Assembly: GCA_965206595.1 (NCBI GenBank)
Contig: OZ242214.1
Coordinates: forward strand, 2,976,001 to 3,040,000
Source: Candidatus Latescibacterota bacterium
Lineage (GTDB): Bacteria; Latescibacterota; UBA2968; UBA8231
Length of the DNA stretch: 64,000 nucleotides
Direction: 5' to 3'
Shown here: positions 27,617-36,519 of the stretch, one piece after another
Layout: each line of letters opens with the position of its first letter
How positions within the stretch are numbered: the first letter of the stretch is position 1
Notes under the pieces: generated by a model
Told to the model about the DNA's origin: nothing
Seen by the model: only the letters and a program-made list of their open reading frames with translations
The model's database searches: none
Position numbers and translations under genes: made by a program

Positions 27617-30600
27617 ATGAAAATTTCGGTTCTACAGTCCGCATGTCTTCTGTTGTTCGCTTTCCTGCTCTTGCCGCCCGCCAGCTATACCTCCCCCTCC
27701 CCTATCGACTGGGCGAATTCCTGCCGGCTGGTCGATTCCGAGCAGTCGGAGGGGGATCACATCCTCGGTCCGGCCCCAAAGCGGCTGGCGGATTCGGACA
27801 GTTCCCAAACACGTACGGTGCAGCTTATCTACTTCATTCCCAATGACCGCACGTTCGACTCCGACGTGGTCGACACCATAAAGGCAAGGATTCCCCGGAT
27901 ACAAACCTTTTTCCGCGACCAGATGCAGGCCCATGGCCACGGCAACAAAACCTTTCAGTTCGAAACCGACGACCAAGGCGACCCGGTGGTGCATCGCGTC
28001 GACGCGCCGAACTCCGACAGCAGCTATCTCCGCTCCTATCGCATGGTCGGCGTCGGCAACGTGCTCCGTGATCTGAGACCGACCTTTGATTCCGGAAACA
28101 GCATTTTGTTCATCGTCGCCGACCATAGCACCTACGATAATCTCGGTTGGGGCAACGTGGCAGGATTTGGCGGCCGGTCGGGAAAAAACAGCGGCTACGC
28201 ACTTCTTCCCCCCAACTTCATCGTCGCAACGGCGGCCCATGAGCTGGGCCATGCTTTCGGCTTGCAGCACGATTTCAACGACGACGCCAACATCATGTCG
28301 TATGGCCCGGGATGGAACCGGTTGTCGGCGTGCAGCGCCGGGTTCCTGGCCGTGCATCCCTACTTCGATGCCGATGTCCCCATTGAAGAACAGCAGACCT
28401 GGGACCTTCTCGCTCCGACGGTCCAGCTTGTTTCACCCCTGAGATATCCAGCGGGCTCTACGAGCCTCTCCCTTCAATTCAGGGTCACGGCTTCAGGGGA
28501 CCGGGGACTACAGCAGGCCCTTTTCTTCCTCAGATCGAGAGCGCCCCACCCTGCTGCGGGGTCCCACGAGGTGAAGGGGTGCCATGACTTGCAGGGTGTG
28601 CAGGATACCGTCGTTGTATTCCAACATGACGGGGTCATCCCGTCCGCGGGCTCGGGTAGTCTTTCCGAGTCCCCTGCGCATTTCGTTTCCGTGCAGGCAC
28701 TCGATAGCGAGGGGAATGCGAACAGCGGACCCTATCGCGATTCTCATTTCGTGCTGGCGGAAGATTCGCCGCACCACCTCGCCACGCTTTTCAGGAATAC
28801 GAGCGAGTTCTCGCCGGAGATCTATGGGGCGAAGTTCTCACCGGATGGATCTCTTCTCGCCGTAAACTCGTCCGCCGGGATCGGGATCTGGGACGTGGCG
28901 ACGAGAACGGCACTTGCTTCCCTCAGTCAAAGAAGCGTCTCCTCCACCGCGTTCTCCCCCGACGGGACCCTTCTCGCTTCCGGTTCCTACAGTACTTCCG
29001 AGGCCAACATCAAGCTGTGGGACGCAGCGAACCAATCCCTCGTCGCCACTCTGCCGGGGCATACCGGTGGGCCTACGGGGGTCCATTCGCTGGCGTTTTC
29101 TCCCAGCGGAGACACCCTCGCTTCAGGCTCAGGGGATCAGACGATCAAGCTGTGGGACGTGGCAAACCGAACCCTCATCGCCACTCTCGAAGGACATACG
29201 AGTCATGTCTGGTCTGTGGCATTCTCCTCCGACGGAACCCTCGCTTCCGGTTCCCGGGACGGCACGGTCAAGCTGTGGAACGTGGCATCGCAAACCAATA
29301 CCGCCACCCTCGAGGGGAATTCGGGCCGGGTCCTCGATGTGGCGTTTTCACCCGATGGAACCCTCCTCGCATCGAGCACGGACCTCGCGATGCAGCTTTG
29401 GGACGCGGCAACGAGGACAATATCGGCCACCCTTCAGGGGCACGGAGAAGCGTCTTTTTCCCCGGACGGGACGATCCTCGCCACTGGAGCTGGACAGGGG
29501 GAGGTCCTGCTATGGGCGGTGGCGACAGCGGGCACAACAGCCGCCCTGGGGCATCCGGGCCGGCTGACTGACCCGGAGGGCTTCGGGATCACCGGGGTAT
29601 TTTCTCCCGACGGATCCCTTCTGGCTTCGGTAGCCATTACCGGAGTCGAGCTGTGGGACGCCTCCGAGTGGACGGGAGTCTCTCCGGTGACCTCGGTGCC
29701 GGCTCACCCGGACAGTGTTGCGCTGGCTGCGTTGTACAACGCCACCAACGGCGCCAACTGGCAGGGCAAGACGAACTGGCTCAGCAGCAGGCCCATGGGC
29801 GAGTGGAAAGGCGTTTCAACCAACAGCCTCGGGCGCGTCAACGATCTGACGCTCAGTGGGAACCGGTTGAGCGGGACAATACCGGCGGAGCTGGGCAACC
29901 TCGCCTTCCTGTCTTCCCTGTATCTCTATACCAACCAGTTGAGCGGGGAGATCCCCTCTGAAATGGGGGACCTCTCCAACCTCAGATATCTGGAACTCAA
30001 CCATAACCAGCTGAGCGGACAGATCCCCTCCGAACTGGGAAGCCTGTCCAAGCTGGAACGACTGTCGCTCCATAGTAACCGGTTGACCGGACAGATCCCC
30101 TCCGATCTCGGCAGCCTGGCCAGCCTTAAACAACTGAATCTCGGTGGTAACCAGTTGACCGGAACGATACCGGCAGAATTGGGCAACCTGACCAACCTCA
30201 CGAGCCTGGGGCTCTCCAACAACCAGTTGACCGGGTCCATACCGGCGGAACTGGAGAACCTGACCAACCTGAGGAACCTGTACCTCGCCGGAAACCAGTT
30301 GACCGGCTGCATCCCGGCGGGCCTGCGGGACGTAGCCAACAACGACTTGGACATGCTGGGTCTGTCCGACTGCGGTCAAACACAAACCCAGGCAACGACC
30401 GATTTCAACGACGACGGCAAAACCGATTTCGTCGACTTCTTCCTCTTTGCCGATGCCTACGGCGGCACCGACGCAAAGTTTGATCTCGACGGTAGTGGCA
30501 CAGTCGACTTCGTCGACTTCTTCCAGTTCGTCGACGCCTTCGGCCAGGCGGGACAGGCCAAGCTGCTGGCGATGGCCCAGGAGATGTTCGGGCTGCCGGC

Positions 30601-30877
30601 TGTCCCCGAGCTGCAGCAGAACTGGCCAAATCCCTTCAACAGCGAGACCGTCGTCTCCTGGTTCTTGGCGAAACCAGGTCCAGCGCGGCTGGAGGTGTTC
30701 GCCCTGACCGGGCAGCGGCTGGCGATCCTGCACGAGGGCCCGCAGCAGGCCGGTTACCACCGCCTTCACTGGGACGGCCGCGACGACGAGGGCCGCCCCC
30801 TGGGCACCGGCGTCTATCTGTACCGCCTGGTGACGGATGAACGCATCCTGACGCGCAAGCTCACCCTGCTGCGTTGA
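27617..30877 (+). CDS. Exported metallopeptidase + WD40 + plant-type LRR + dockerin-like + sorting tail
   Basis: RBS aggag; HELGHAFGLQHD...IMSYG; WD40s; 'LSGTIPAELGNL' LRRs; 480-nt tail. Confidence 0.9.
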   Translation: MKISVLQSACLLLFAFLLLPPASYTSPSPIDWANSCRLVDSEQSEGDHILGPAPKRLADSDSSQTRTVQLIYFIPNDRTFDSDVVDTIKARIPRIQTFFRDQMQAHGHGNKTFQFETDDQGDPVVHRVDAPNSDSSYLRSYRMVGVGNVLRDLRPTFDSGNSILFIVADHSTYDNLGWGNVAGFGGRSGKNSGYALLPPNFIVATAAHELGHAFGLQHDFNDDANIMSYGPGWNRLSACSAGFLAVHPYFDADVPIEEQQTWDLLAPTVQLVSPLRYPAGSTSLSLQFRVTASGDRGLQQALFFLRSRAPHPAAGSHEVKGCHDLQGVQDTVVVFQHDGVIPSAGSGSLSESPAHFVSVQALDSEGNANSGPYRDSHFVLAEDSPHHLATLFRNTSEFSPEIYGAKFSPDGSLLAVNSSAGIGIWDVATRTALASLSQRSVSSTAFSPDGTLLASGSYSTSEANIKLWDAANQSLVATLPGHTGGPTGVHSLAFSPSGDTLASGSGDQTIKLWDVANRTLIATLEGHTSHVWSVAFSSDGTLASGSRDGTVKLWNVASQTNTATLEGNSGRVLDVAFSPDGTLLASSTDLAMQLWDAATRTISATLQGHGEASFSPDGTILATGAGQGEVLLWAVATAGTTAALGHPGRLTDPEGFGITGVFSPDGSLLASVAITGVELWDASEWTGVSPVTSVPAHPDSVALAALYNATNGANWQGKTNWLSSRPMGEWKGVSTNSLGRVNDLTLSGNRLSGTIPAELGNLAFLSSLYLYTNQLSGEIPSEMGDLSNLRYLELNHNQLSGQIPSELGSLSKLERLSLHSNRLTGQIPSDLGSLASLKQLNLGGNQLTGTIPAELGNLTNLTSLGLSNNQLTGSIPAELENLTNLRNLYLAGNQLTGCIPAGLRDVANNDLDMLGLSDCGQTQTQATTDFNDDGKTDFVDFFLFADAYGGTDAKFDLDGSGTVDFVDFFQFVDAFGQAGQAKLLAMAQEMFGLPAVPELQQNWPNPFNSETVVSWFLAKPGPARLEVFALTGQRLAILHEGPQQAGYHRLHWDGRDDEGRPLGTGVYLYRLVTDERILTRKLTLLR

Positions 30878-30951
30878 TGGACCGGTGTGCCAGAATTCGA
30901 CTACTGGCCGCCGGACACATCTCAAAACGGAAAGCACTGGAGGATAACCCT

Positions 30952-33900
30952 ATGAAAACTCCCGTTCTTTACCCCGCCTTTTGGGGGTTGCTGGCTCTCA
31001 TGCTCCCGCCGGCCGCCGCCAATGCTTTCCCCTCGCCGGCCGATAGCGTGCATTTCTGCCAAGTTCTTGATCCCGAGAAATGGGAGCGGGAAAACCCCCT
31101 CCCGGCGGAAAAGCGGACGGCGTTGAACGCCGGGGAATCCCGTATTGTCCGGCTGTTCTACTTCTTGCCCAATGACCGCTCGTATCGCCCCGCAGTGGTT
31201 GAGGCGATGAAAACGGGGATCCTTGAGGTCCAGTCCTTCTATCGCGAGCAGATGGCGGCGCACGGACACGGGAACAAAACCTTCCAGATTGAAACCGATG
31301 CCCAAGGCGTGCCGATCGTTCATCGCGTGAATGGGGACTATTCCGACAGCCATTACAAAGACCGGGGGCGTCCCCAGAACGAGATTAGCCGTGCGTTTGA
31401 CACCTCTTCAATCGTTCAACTCATCGTTATGGACATTAGTAGATCCTCCGGTGGACGTGGTGTCGGGATTAAACAGAGGGGACAGGCAATCGTTGATGGA
31501 AGATGGGATTGGCGCACTGCAGCCCATGAACTAGGACATGCCTTCGGCTTGCAACACGATTTTCGCGATACGTCATACATCATGTCGTATGGATCCGCTC
31601 GGAATTCCTTGTCTGCAGGCGCAGCACAGTTTTTAGCCGTGAATCCCTATTTTAATAGCAGTGTTCCACTTCAAGCGGGATCAGCACCATCCGTCCAACT
31701 TCTTTCTTCAACGCAATATTCGTATGGTGCAACGAGTGTGCCGGTCCAAGTCAGAGTCCGAGATGCTGATGGACTTCAGCAGGTAATCTTATTCGTTAAG
31801 ACGCCTATAGGAGTCAATCTTCCCACAGGATATAATGAAGTAGTAAGTTATCATAATTTGTCCAGTCAACCAGATGCAACCGTCACCTTCAATTATAAGG
31901 GAGGCTTGCCTTCTAAGGGTGATGATGATACGAGTCTTCTCGATCACCTCCGGCATACGATTTATGTCTCGGCTGTTGATAAGCAGGGAAATAGAATTGA
32001 TTCACCCTATAAGTGGACGCTTCAGGCAATAAATATTCCGGAGGCGATTGTCCCGGTCCGAGAGCGCTCACCACAGGTGCGCGAATCTATTTATCAAGTA
32101 GTCAGTAGGTTCCAAGATGGGAGCGTCTCTAGCTATGAACAGATCACTGATGCCCACCTTGCTGCCATTAATACGTTGTTTGTGAATAATATCCATGCTT
32201 CAGACTCTCCCCTGCAATCTAACGATCTTGATGGTCTCACCGGTTTGGAAAGCCTTGAACTAAGATTGGGGGACGGATTTTCAGAGAGAAGTCTTCTGCC
32301 AGCAGGGATTTTTGCAGGACTCACTTCGCTGAGCCGGTTCAAGTTCCTCTATTATGAAAACATATACGGTGATGATCCTTCGCTTTATCCGATTCTACCG
32401 ATTCCCGTAGGGCTGGAGAAGGTTGGCGAAGGTCAGTTCAAGGCGGTTGTACACACTGGTGCGCCGTTTGACATGGACCTGCCGCTCCACATTGTGAATG
32501 GGCGTATCAACGGCGGCACAATTACTATCACGATACCCAGAGGCAGCGTCGAAAGCGCGCCGTTCACCGTGACCCGCAGTCCCGGCACAACCGCTGCGGT
32601 CATCGTGGACATTGAGACGTTGCCGAATACGAGTATCCCAACGAATGCCGGCTACAGCTTCTACAGATCATCCTTCCCGCTGGAAATGTTCAGCCCCTTG
32701 GCGGGAGCACCCAGCCCCGTTACCGAACGCACACCGCAGGTACTCGACGCTATTGTGGCGGCAGTGCCAGAGATAATTCACGTTCACCATGATAGAGAGA
32801 TAACCTACATAGTGAACGGGAGATTTACAGAAGAGACATCTAATTTCGGCCACTATGTGTCTGAGGCACACCTCGCGGCGATTACGAGTCTGGATGTATC
32901 TGGGTCTAGTGGGGTCGACTTAAGCCTCGGAGGCAATTGGTTTAGTTTGCAGGGGAACGCCACAGAACTGAAACCCGGCGATTTTGATGGCCTGACCAAC
33001 CTGACAGAGCTCCGCCTGGACGACAACGAGTTGAGTGCATTGCCGGAGAACATCTTTGACCAGCTCACCAATCTGACGGAGCTCAAGCTAGACGGCAACC
33101 AGTTGAGTGCATTGCCATCCGGCCTCTTTGACCAGCTCACCAACCTGACAGAGATCTACCTAAGCAACAACCAGCTGAGTGCATTGCCAGACGGCCTCTT
33201 TGACCAGCTCACCAATCTGACCCTACTCGCCCTAAACAGCAACGAGTTGAGTGCATTGCCAGACGGCTTCTTTGACCAACTCACCAATCTGACAAGGCTC
33301 TACCTGAACAGCAACCAATTGAGTGCATTGCCATCCGGCCTCTTTGACCAGCTCACCAGTCTGGCACTGCTCAACCTGTTCGACAACCCGTTGAGTTCAC
33401 TGCAGGAGAGCGATTTTGACCATCTCATCAATCTGACAACGCTCATCCTACCCGGCAACAGCAACTCGTCGAATTCATCGCTGGAATTCAGCGGAGACAC
33501 CCCCGTCTGCGACCGCACCCCGCAGGTGCGCGACGCGATTGTGGCCGCGGTACCGGGCGTAAACAATTGTCGCGATGTGACCGAGGCACACCTCGCAGCG
33601 ATTACGGATACGGAGCTGGAGTTGTCTGGTAGTAGCATTACAGAACTGAAACCCGGCGATTTTGACAATCTCACTAACTTGAGAGGGCTCGGCCTAGTCG
33701 ACAACCAGTTGAGTTCATTGCCGGAGGACATCTTTGAATATCTCATCAACCTAGAAGCCCTCGGCATAGCCAACACCCAGTTGAGTTCATTACCAGACGG
33801 ACTCTTTGAAAATCTCACCAACCTGAGAACGCTCGGCATAGGCAACAACACCCAGTTGAGTTCATTACCAGACGGACTCTTTGAAAATCTCACCAACCTG

Positions 33901-36390
33901 AGAACGCTCAGCCTAAGTGGCAACCAGTTGAGTTCATTGCCGGAGGGACTCTTTGAATATCCCACCAACTTGTTATTTCTCGACCTAAGCGGCAACCAAT
34001 TAAGTTCATTACCGGAGGGACTCTTTGACAAAGTTACGCTAGCGCTCGACCTAAGCGACAACCAGTTGAGTTCATTACCTCACGGCATCTTTAAGGGCAT
34101 TTTCGTCGAAATTCCCGACTTTACAGGGTTCTTCGCGTTCGGCACCCCGCTGGGTCCATTTCCAGAGGACGCCTATAACGAACTCGCCGACCCGACGACT
34201 CTCGACCTGACCGGCAACCCAGGTGCCCCCCTGCCTCTCACCGTCTCACTGGAGAAGGTTGCGGATGGTCAGTTCAAGGCGGTGGCCCCTGCCGGTGCGC
34301 CGTTTGATATGGTCCTGCCGCTCACCGTTACCAACGGCAGTATCAGCGGCGGTACAACCACGATCACAATTCCCGCCGGTAGCGTCGAAAGCGAGACACT
34401 CACCATAACCCGCACCTCCGGCACGACATTCGCCGTTACCGTGGATATCGGAACGTTGCCGGAGTTGCCCAATAGCCATAGCGGCTATGCTCTCGTCAAA
34501 TCCGCCGACCTGCCGCTGGTGTTCACGGAATTCGGGGGCATGCTCTCGGTCTGCGAGCGCACGCCGCAGGTGCGCAATCAGATTTGGGCAAGAACGGGTA
34601 TGAGCGATTGCCGTGACATAACCGAGGCACACCTCGCGGCGATTACGAGGCTAGATAAATATGGTGGGGGTCCGGGTTATGGGGACATTACAGCACTGAA
34701 ACTCGGCGATTTTGATGGTCTGACCAACCTGCGAGGGCTCTACCTAAACGACAACCAGTTGAGTTCGTTGCCAGCGGGCCTGTTTGACAACCTCACCGCG
34801 CTGGAAACGCTCAACTTGCACGACAACCAGTTGAGTTCGTTGCCAACGGGCCTGTTTGACAACCTCACCGCGCTGCAAGACCTCGACCTAAGCAACAACC
34901 AGTTGAGCACGCTGCCAGCGGGCCTGTTTGACAACCTCACCGCGCTGGAAACGCTCGACTTGCACGACAACCAGTTGAGTTCGTTGCCAACGGGCCTGTT
35001 TGACAACCTCACCGCGCTGGAAACGCTCAGCATAAGCAACAACCAGTTGAGTTCGTTGCCGGCGGGCCTGTTTGACAACCTCACCGCGCTAGATTTCCTC
35101 CTCATAGGCAACAACCAGTTGAGCACGCTGCCAGCGGGCCTGTTTGACAACCTCACCGCACTGCAACGGTTCGACCTAAGCGGCAACCAGTTGAGTTCAT
35201 TACCAGACGGACTCTTCGGCAACCTCACCGCGCTGGAAGAGCTCTACCTGTACGACAACCAGTTGAGTTCGTTACCAGCGGGCCTCTTTGGTAATCTCAC
35301 CAACCTGCCAGAGCTCTACTTGCACAACAACCAGTTGCGCTCGTTACCAGCGGGGCTGTTTGGCAATTTCACCAATCTGGGTATCGAGCTGGGCAACAAC
35401 CAATTGAGTTCGTTACCACCTGGCCTCTTTGGTAATCCCACCAATCTGGGTATCGGCCTAAGCGGCAACCAGTTGAGTTCATTACCACCGGGCCTGTTTG
35501 GTAATCTCACCAATCTGACATACCTCGACCTGACCGACAACCTTATAAACCCACTGCCCCTTACCGTCTCACTAGAGAAGGTTGCTGAAGGTCAGTTCAA
35601 GGCGGTGGCACCAACCGGCGCGCCTTTCGAACTCGTGCTCCCGGTCAGTGTCTCAGGTCCCGGTGCGATCGTAGGGGGCGCAACCACTGTCACCATTCCC
35701 CCAGGAAGCCTGGAAAGCGCCCCGCTCACCTTTTCCCGCACGCCAGGTACCACGGCTGCGGTCACCGTGGATATAGGCACGTTGCCGGGGCTGCCCGCTT
35801 CTCATTCTGGCTATGCCCTTGTCAAATCCGGCGACCTGCCGCTGGCGTACTATGTCGGGGCCGAAGGAAGGCAGGGGGGAGCCGAAGGAAGGCCGGGCGG
35901 GCAAGTTTCCACCGATTTCAACAGCGACGGCAAGACCGATTTCGTCGACTTCTTCCTCTTTGCCGATGCCTACGGCGGCACCGACGCAAAGTTTGACCTC
36001 GACGGCAGCGGCACGGTGGACTTCGTCGATTTCTTCAAATTCGTCGATGCCTTCGACCAGCCGGGCCAAGCCAAGCTGCTGGCACTGGCCCGGGAGATGC
36101 TCGGATTGCCTGCCGGCCCGCAACTCCAGCAGAACGCCCCTAATCCGTTCAACAGCGAGACCGTCATCTCATGGTTCCTGCTTGAACCGGGTCCGGTGCG
36201 ACTGGAAGTGTTCGCCCTGACCGGACAGCGGCTGGCCGTCCTGCACCAGGGTCCGGAGAAGGCGGGCCTCCACCGCCTTCACTGGGACGGTCGCGACGAC
36301 GAGGGCCGCCCCCTGGCCAGCGGTGTATACCTGTACCGGCTGGTGACAAACGAAGCTGTGTTGACCCGCAAGCTCACCCTGCTGCGTTGA
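30952..36390 (+). CDS. Exported metallopeptidase + repeated cap-LRR-Ig modules + dockerin-like + sorting tail
   Basis: RBS ggagg; HELGHAFGLQHD; four '(E/D)R(T/S)PQV' caps; three 'LEKV..GQFKAV...GAPF' Ig-like modules; 24-aa LRRs. Confidence 0.9.
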   Translation: MKTPVLYPAFWGLLALMLPPAAANAFPSPADSVHFCQVLDPEKWERENPLPAEKRTALNAGESRIVRLFYFLPNDRSYRPAVVEAMKTGILEVQSFYREQMAAHGHGNKTFQIETDAQGVPIVHRVNGDYSDSHYKDRGRPQNEISRAFDTSSIVQLIVMDISRSSGGRGVGIKQRGQAIVDGRWDWRTAAHELGHAFGLQHDFRDTSYIMSYGSARNSLSAGAAQFLAVNPYFNSSVPLQAGSAPSVQLLSSTQYSYGATSVPVQVRVRDADGLQQVILFVKTPIGVNLPTGYNEVVSYHNLSSQPDATVTFNYKGGLPSKGDDDTSLLDHLRHTIYVSAVDKQGNRIDSPYKWTLQAINIPEAIVPVRERSPQVRESIYQVVSRFQDGSVSSYEQITDAHLAAINTLFVNNIHASDSPLQSNDLDGLTGLESLELRLGDGFSERSLLPAGIFAGLTSLSRFKFLYYENIYGDDPSLYPILPIPVGLEKVGEGQFKAVVHTGAPFDMDLPLHIVNGRINGGTITITIPRGSVESAPFTVTRSPGTTAAVIVDIETLPNTSIPTNAGYSFYRSSFPLEMFSPLAGAPSPVTERTPQVLDAIVAAVPEIIHVHHDREITYIVNGRFTEETSNFGHYVSEAHLAAITSLDVSGSSGVDLSLGGNWFSLQGNATELKPGDFDGLTNLTELRLDDNELSALPENIFDQLTNLTELKLDGNQLSALPSGLFDQLTNLTEIYLSNNQLSALPDGLFDQLTNLTLLALNSNELSALPDGFFDQLTNLTRLYLNSNQLSALPSGLFDQLTSLALLNLFDNPLSSLQESDFDHLINLTTLILPGNSNSSNSSLEFSGDTPVCDRTPQVRDAIVAAVPGVNNCRDVTEAHLAAITDTELELSGSSITELKPGDFDNLTNLRGLGLVDNQLSSLPEDIFEYLINLEALGIANTQLSSLPDGLFENLTNLRTLGIGNNTQLSSLPDGLFENLTNLRTLSLSGNQLSSLPEGLFEYPTNLLFLDLSGNQLSSLPEGLFDKVTLALDLSDNQLSSLPHGIFKGIFVEIPDFTGFFAFGTPLGPFPEDAYNELADPTTLDLTGNPGAPLPLTVSLEKVADGQFKAVAPAGAPFDMVLPLTVTNGSISGGTTTITIPAGSVESETLTITRTSGTTFAVTVDIGTLPELPNSHSGYALVKSADLPLVFTEFGGMLSVCERTPQVRNQIWARTGMSDCRDITEAHLAAITRLDKYGGGPGYGDITALKLGDFDGLTNLRGLYLNDNQLSSLPAGLFDNLTALETLNLHDNQLSSLPTGLFDNLTALQDLDLSNNQLSTLPAGLFDNLTALETLDLHDNQLSSLPTGLFDNLTALETLSISNNQLSSLPAGLFDNLTALDFLLIGNNQLSTLPAGLFDNLTALQRFDLSGNQLSSLPDGLFGNLTALEELYLYDNQLSSLPAGLFGNLTNLPELYLHNNQLRSLPAGLFGNFTNLGIELGNNQLSSLPPGLFGNPTNLGIGLSGNQLSSLPPGLFGNLTNLTYLDLTDNLINPLPLTVSLEKVAEGQFKAVAPTGAPFELVLPVSVSGPGAIVGGATTVTIPPGSLESAPLTFSRTPGTTAAVTVDIGTLPGLPASHSGYALVKSGDLPLAYYVGAEGRQGGAEGRPGGQVSTDFNSDGKTDFVDFFLFADAYGGTDAKFDLDGSGTVDFVDFFKFVDAFDQPGQAKLLALAREMLGLPAGPQLQQNAPNPFNSETVISWFLLEPGPVRLEVFALTGQRLAVLHQGPEKAGLHRLHWDGRDDEGRPLASGVYLYRLVTNEAVLTRKLTLLR

Positions 36391-36519
36391 TCCTACCGAC
36401 CGGAACAGAGTTGACAGGGCCTTATGGAACGATGTCATCTGTAATCCATAGCGGTGAACCGAGATAAGGAAAAACGTTATGAGGATGGACGCAAAGCGAT
36501 ATTACAGGAGCATAACCCT

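Noticed and set aside
36465-36510. c-di-GMP-I riboswitch-like 'ggacgcaaagc' (also 'gggacgcaaa' near 58789)
   Set aside because: The flanking GGCAAAC/GAAA stem and downstream stem are absent.
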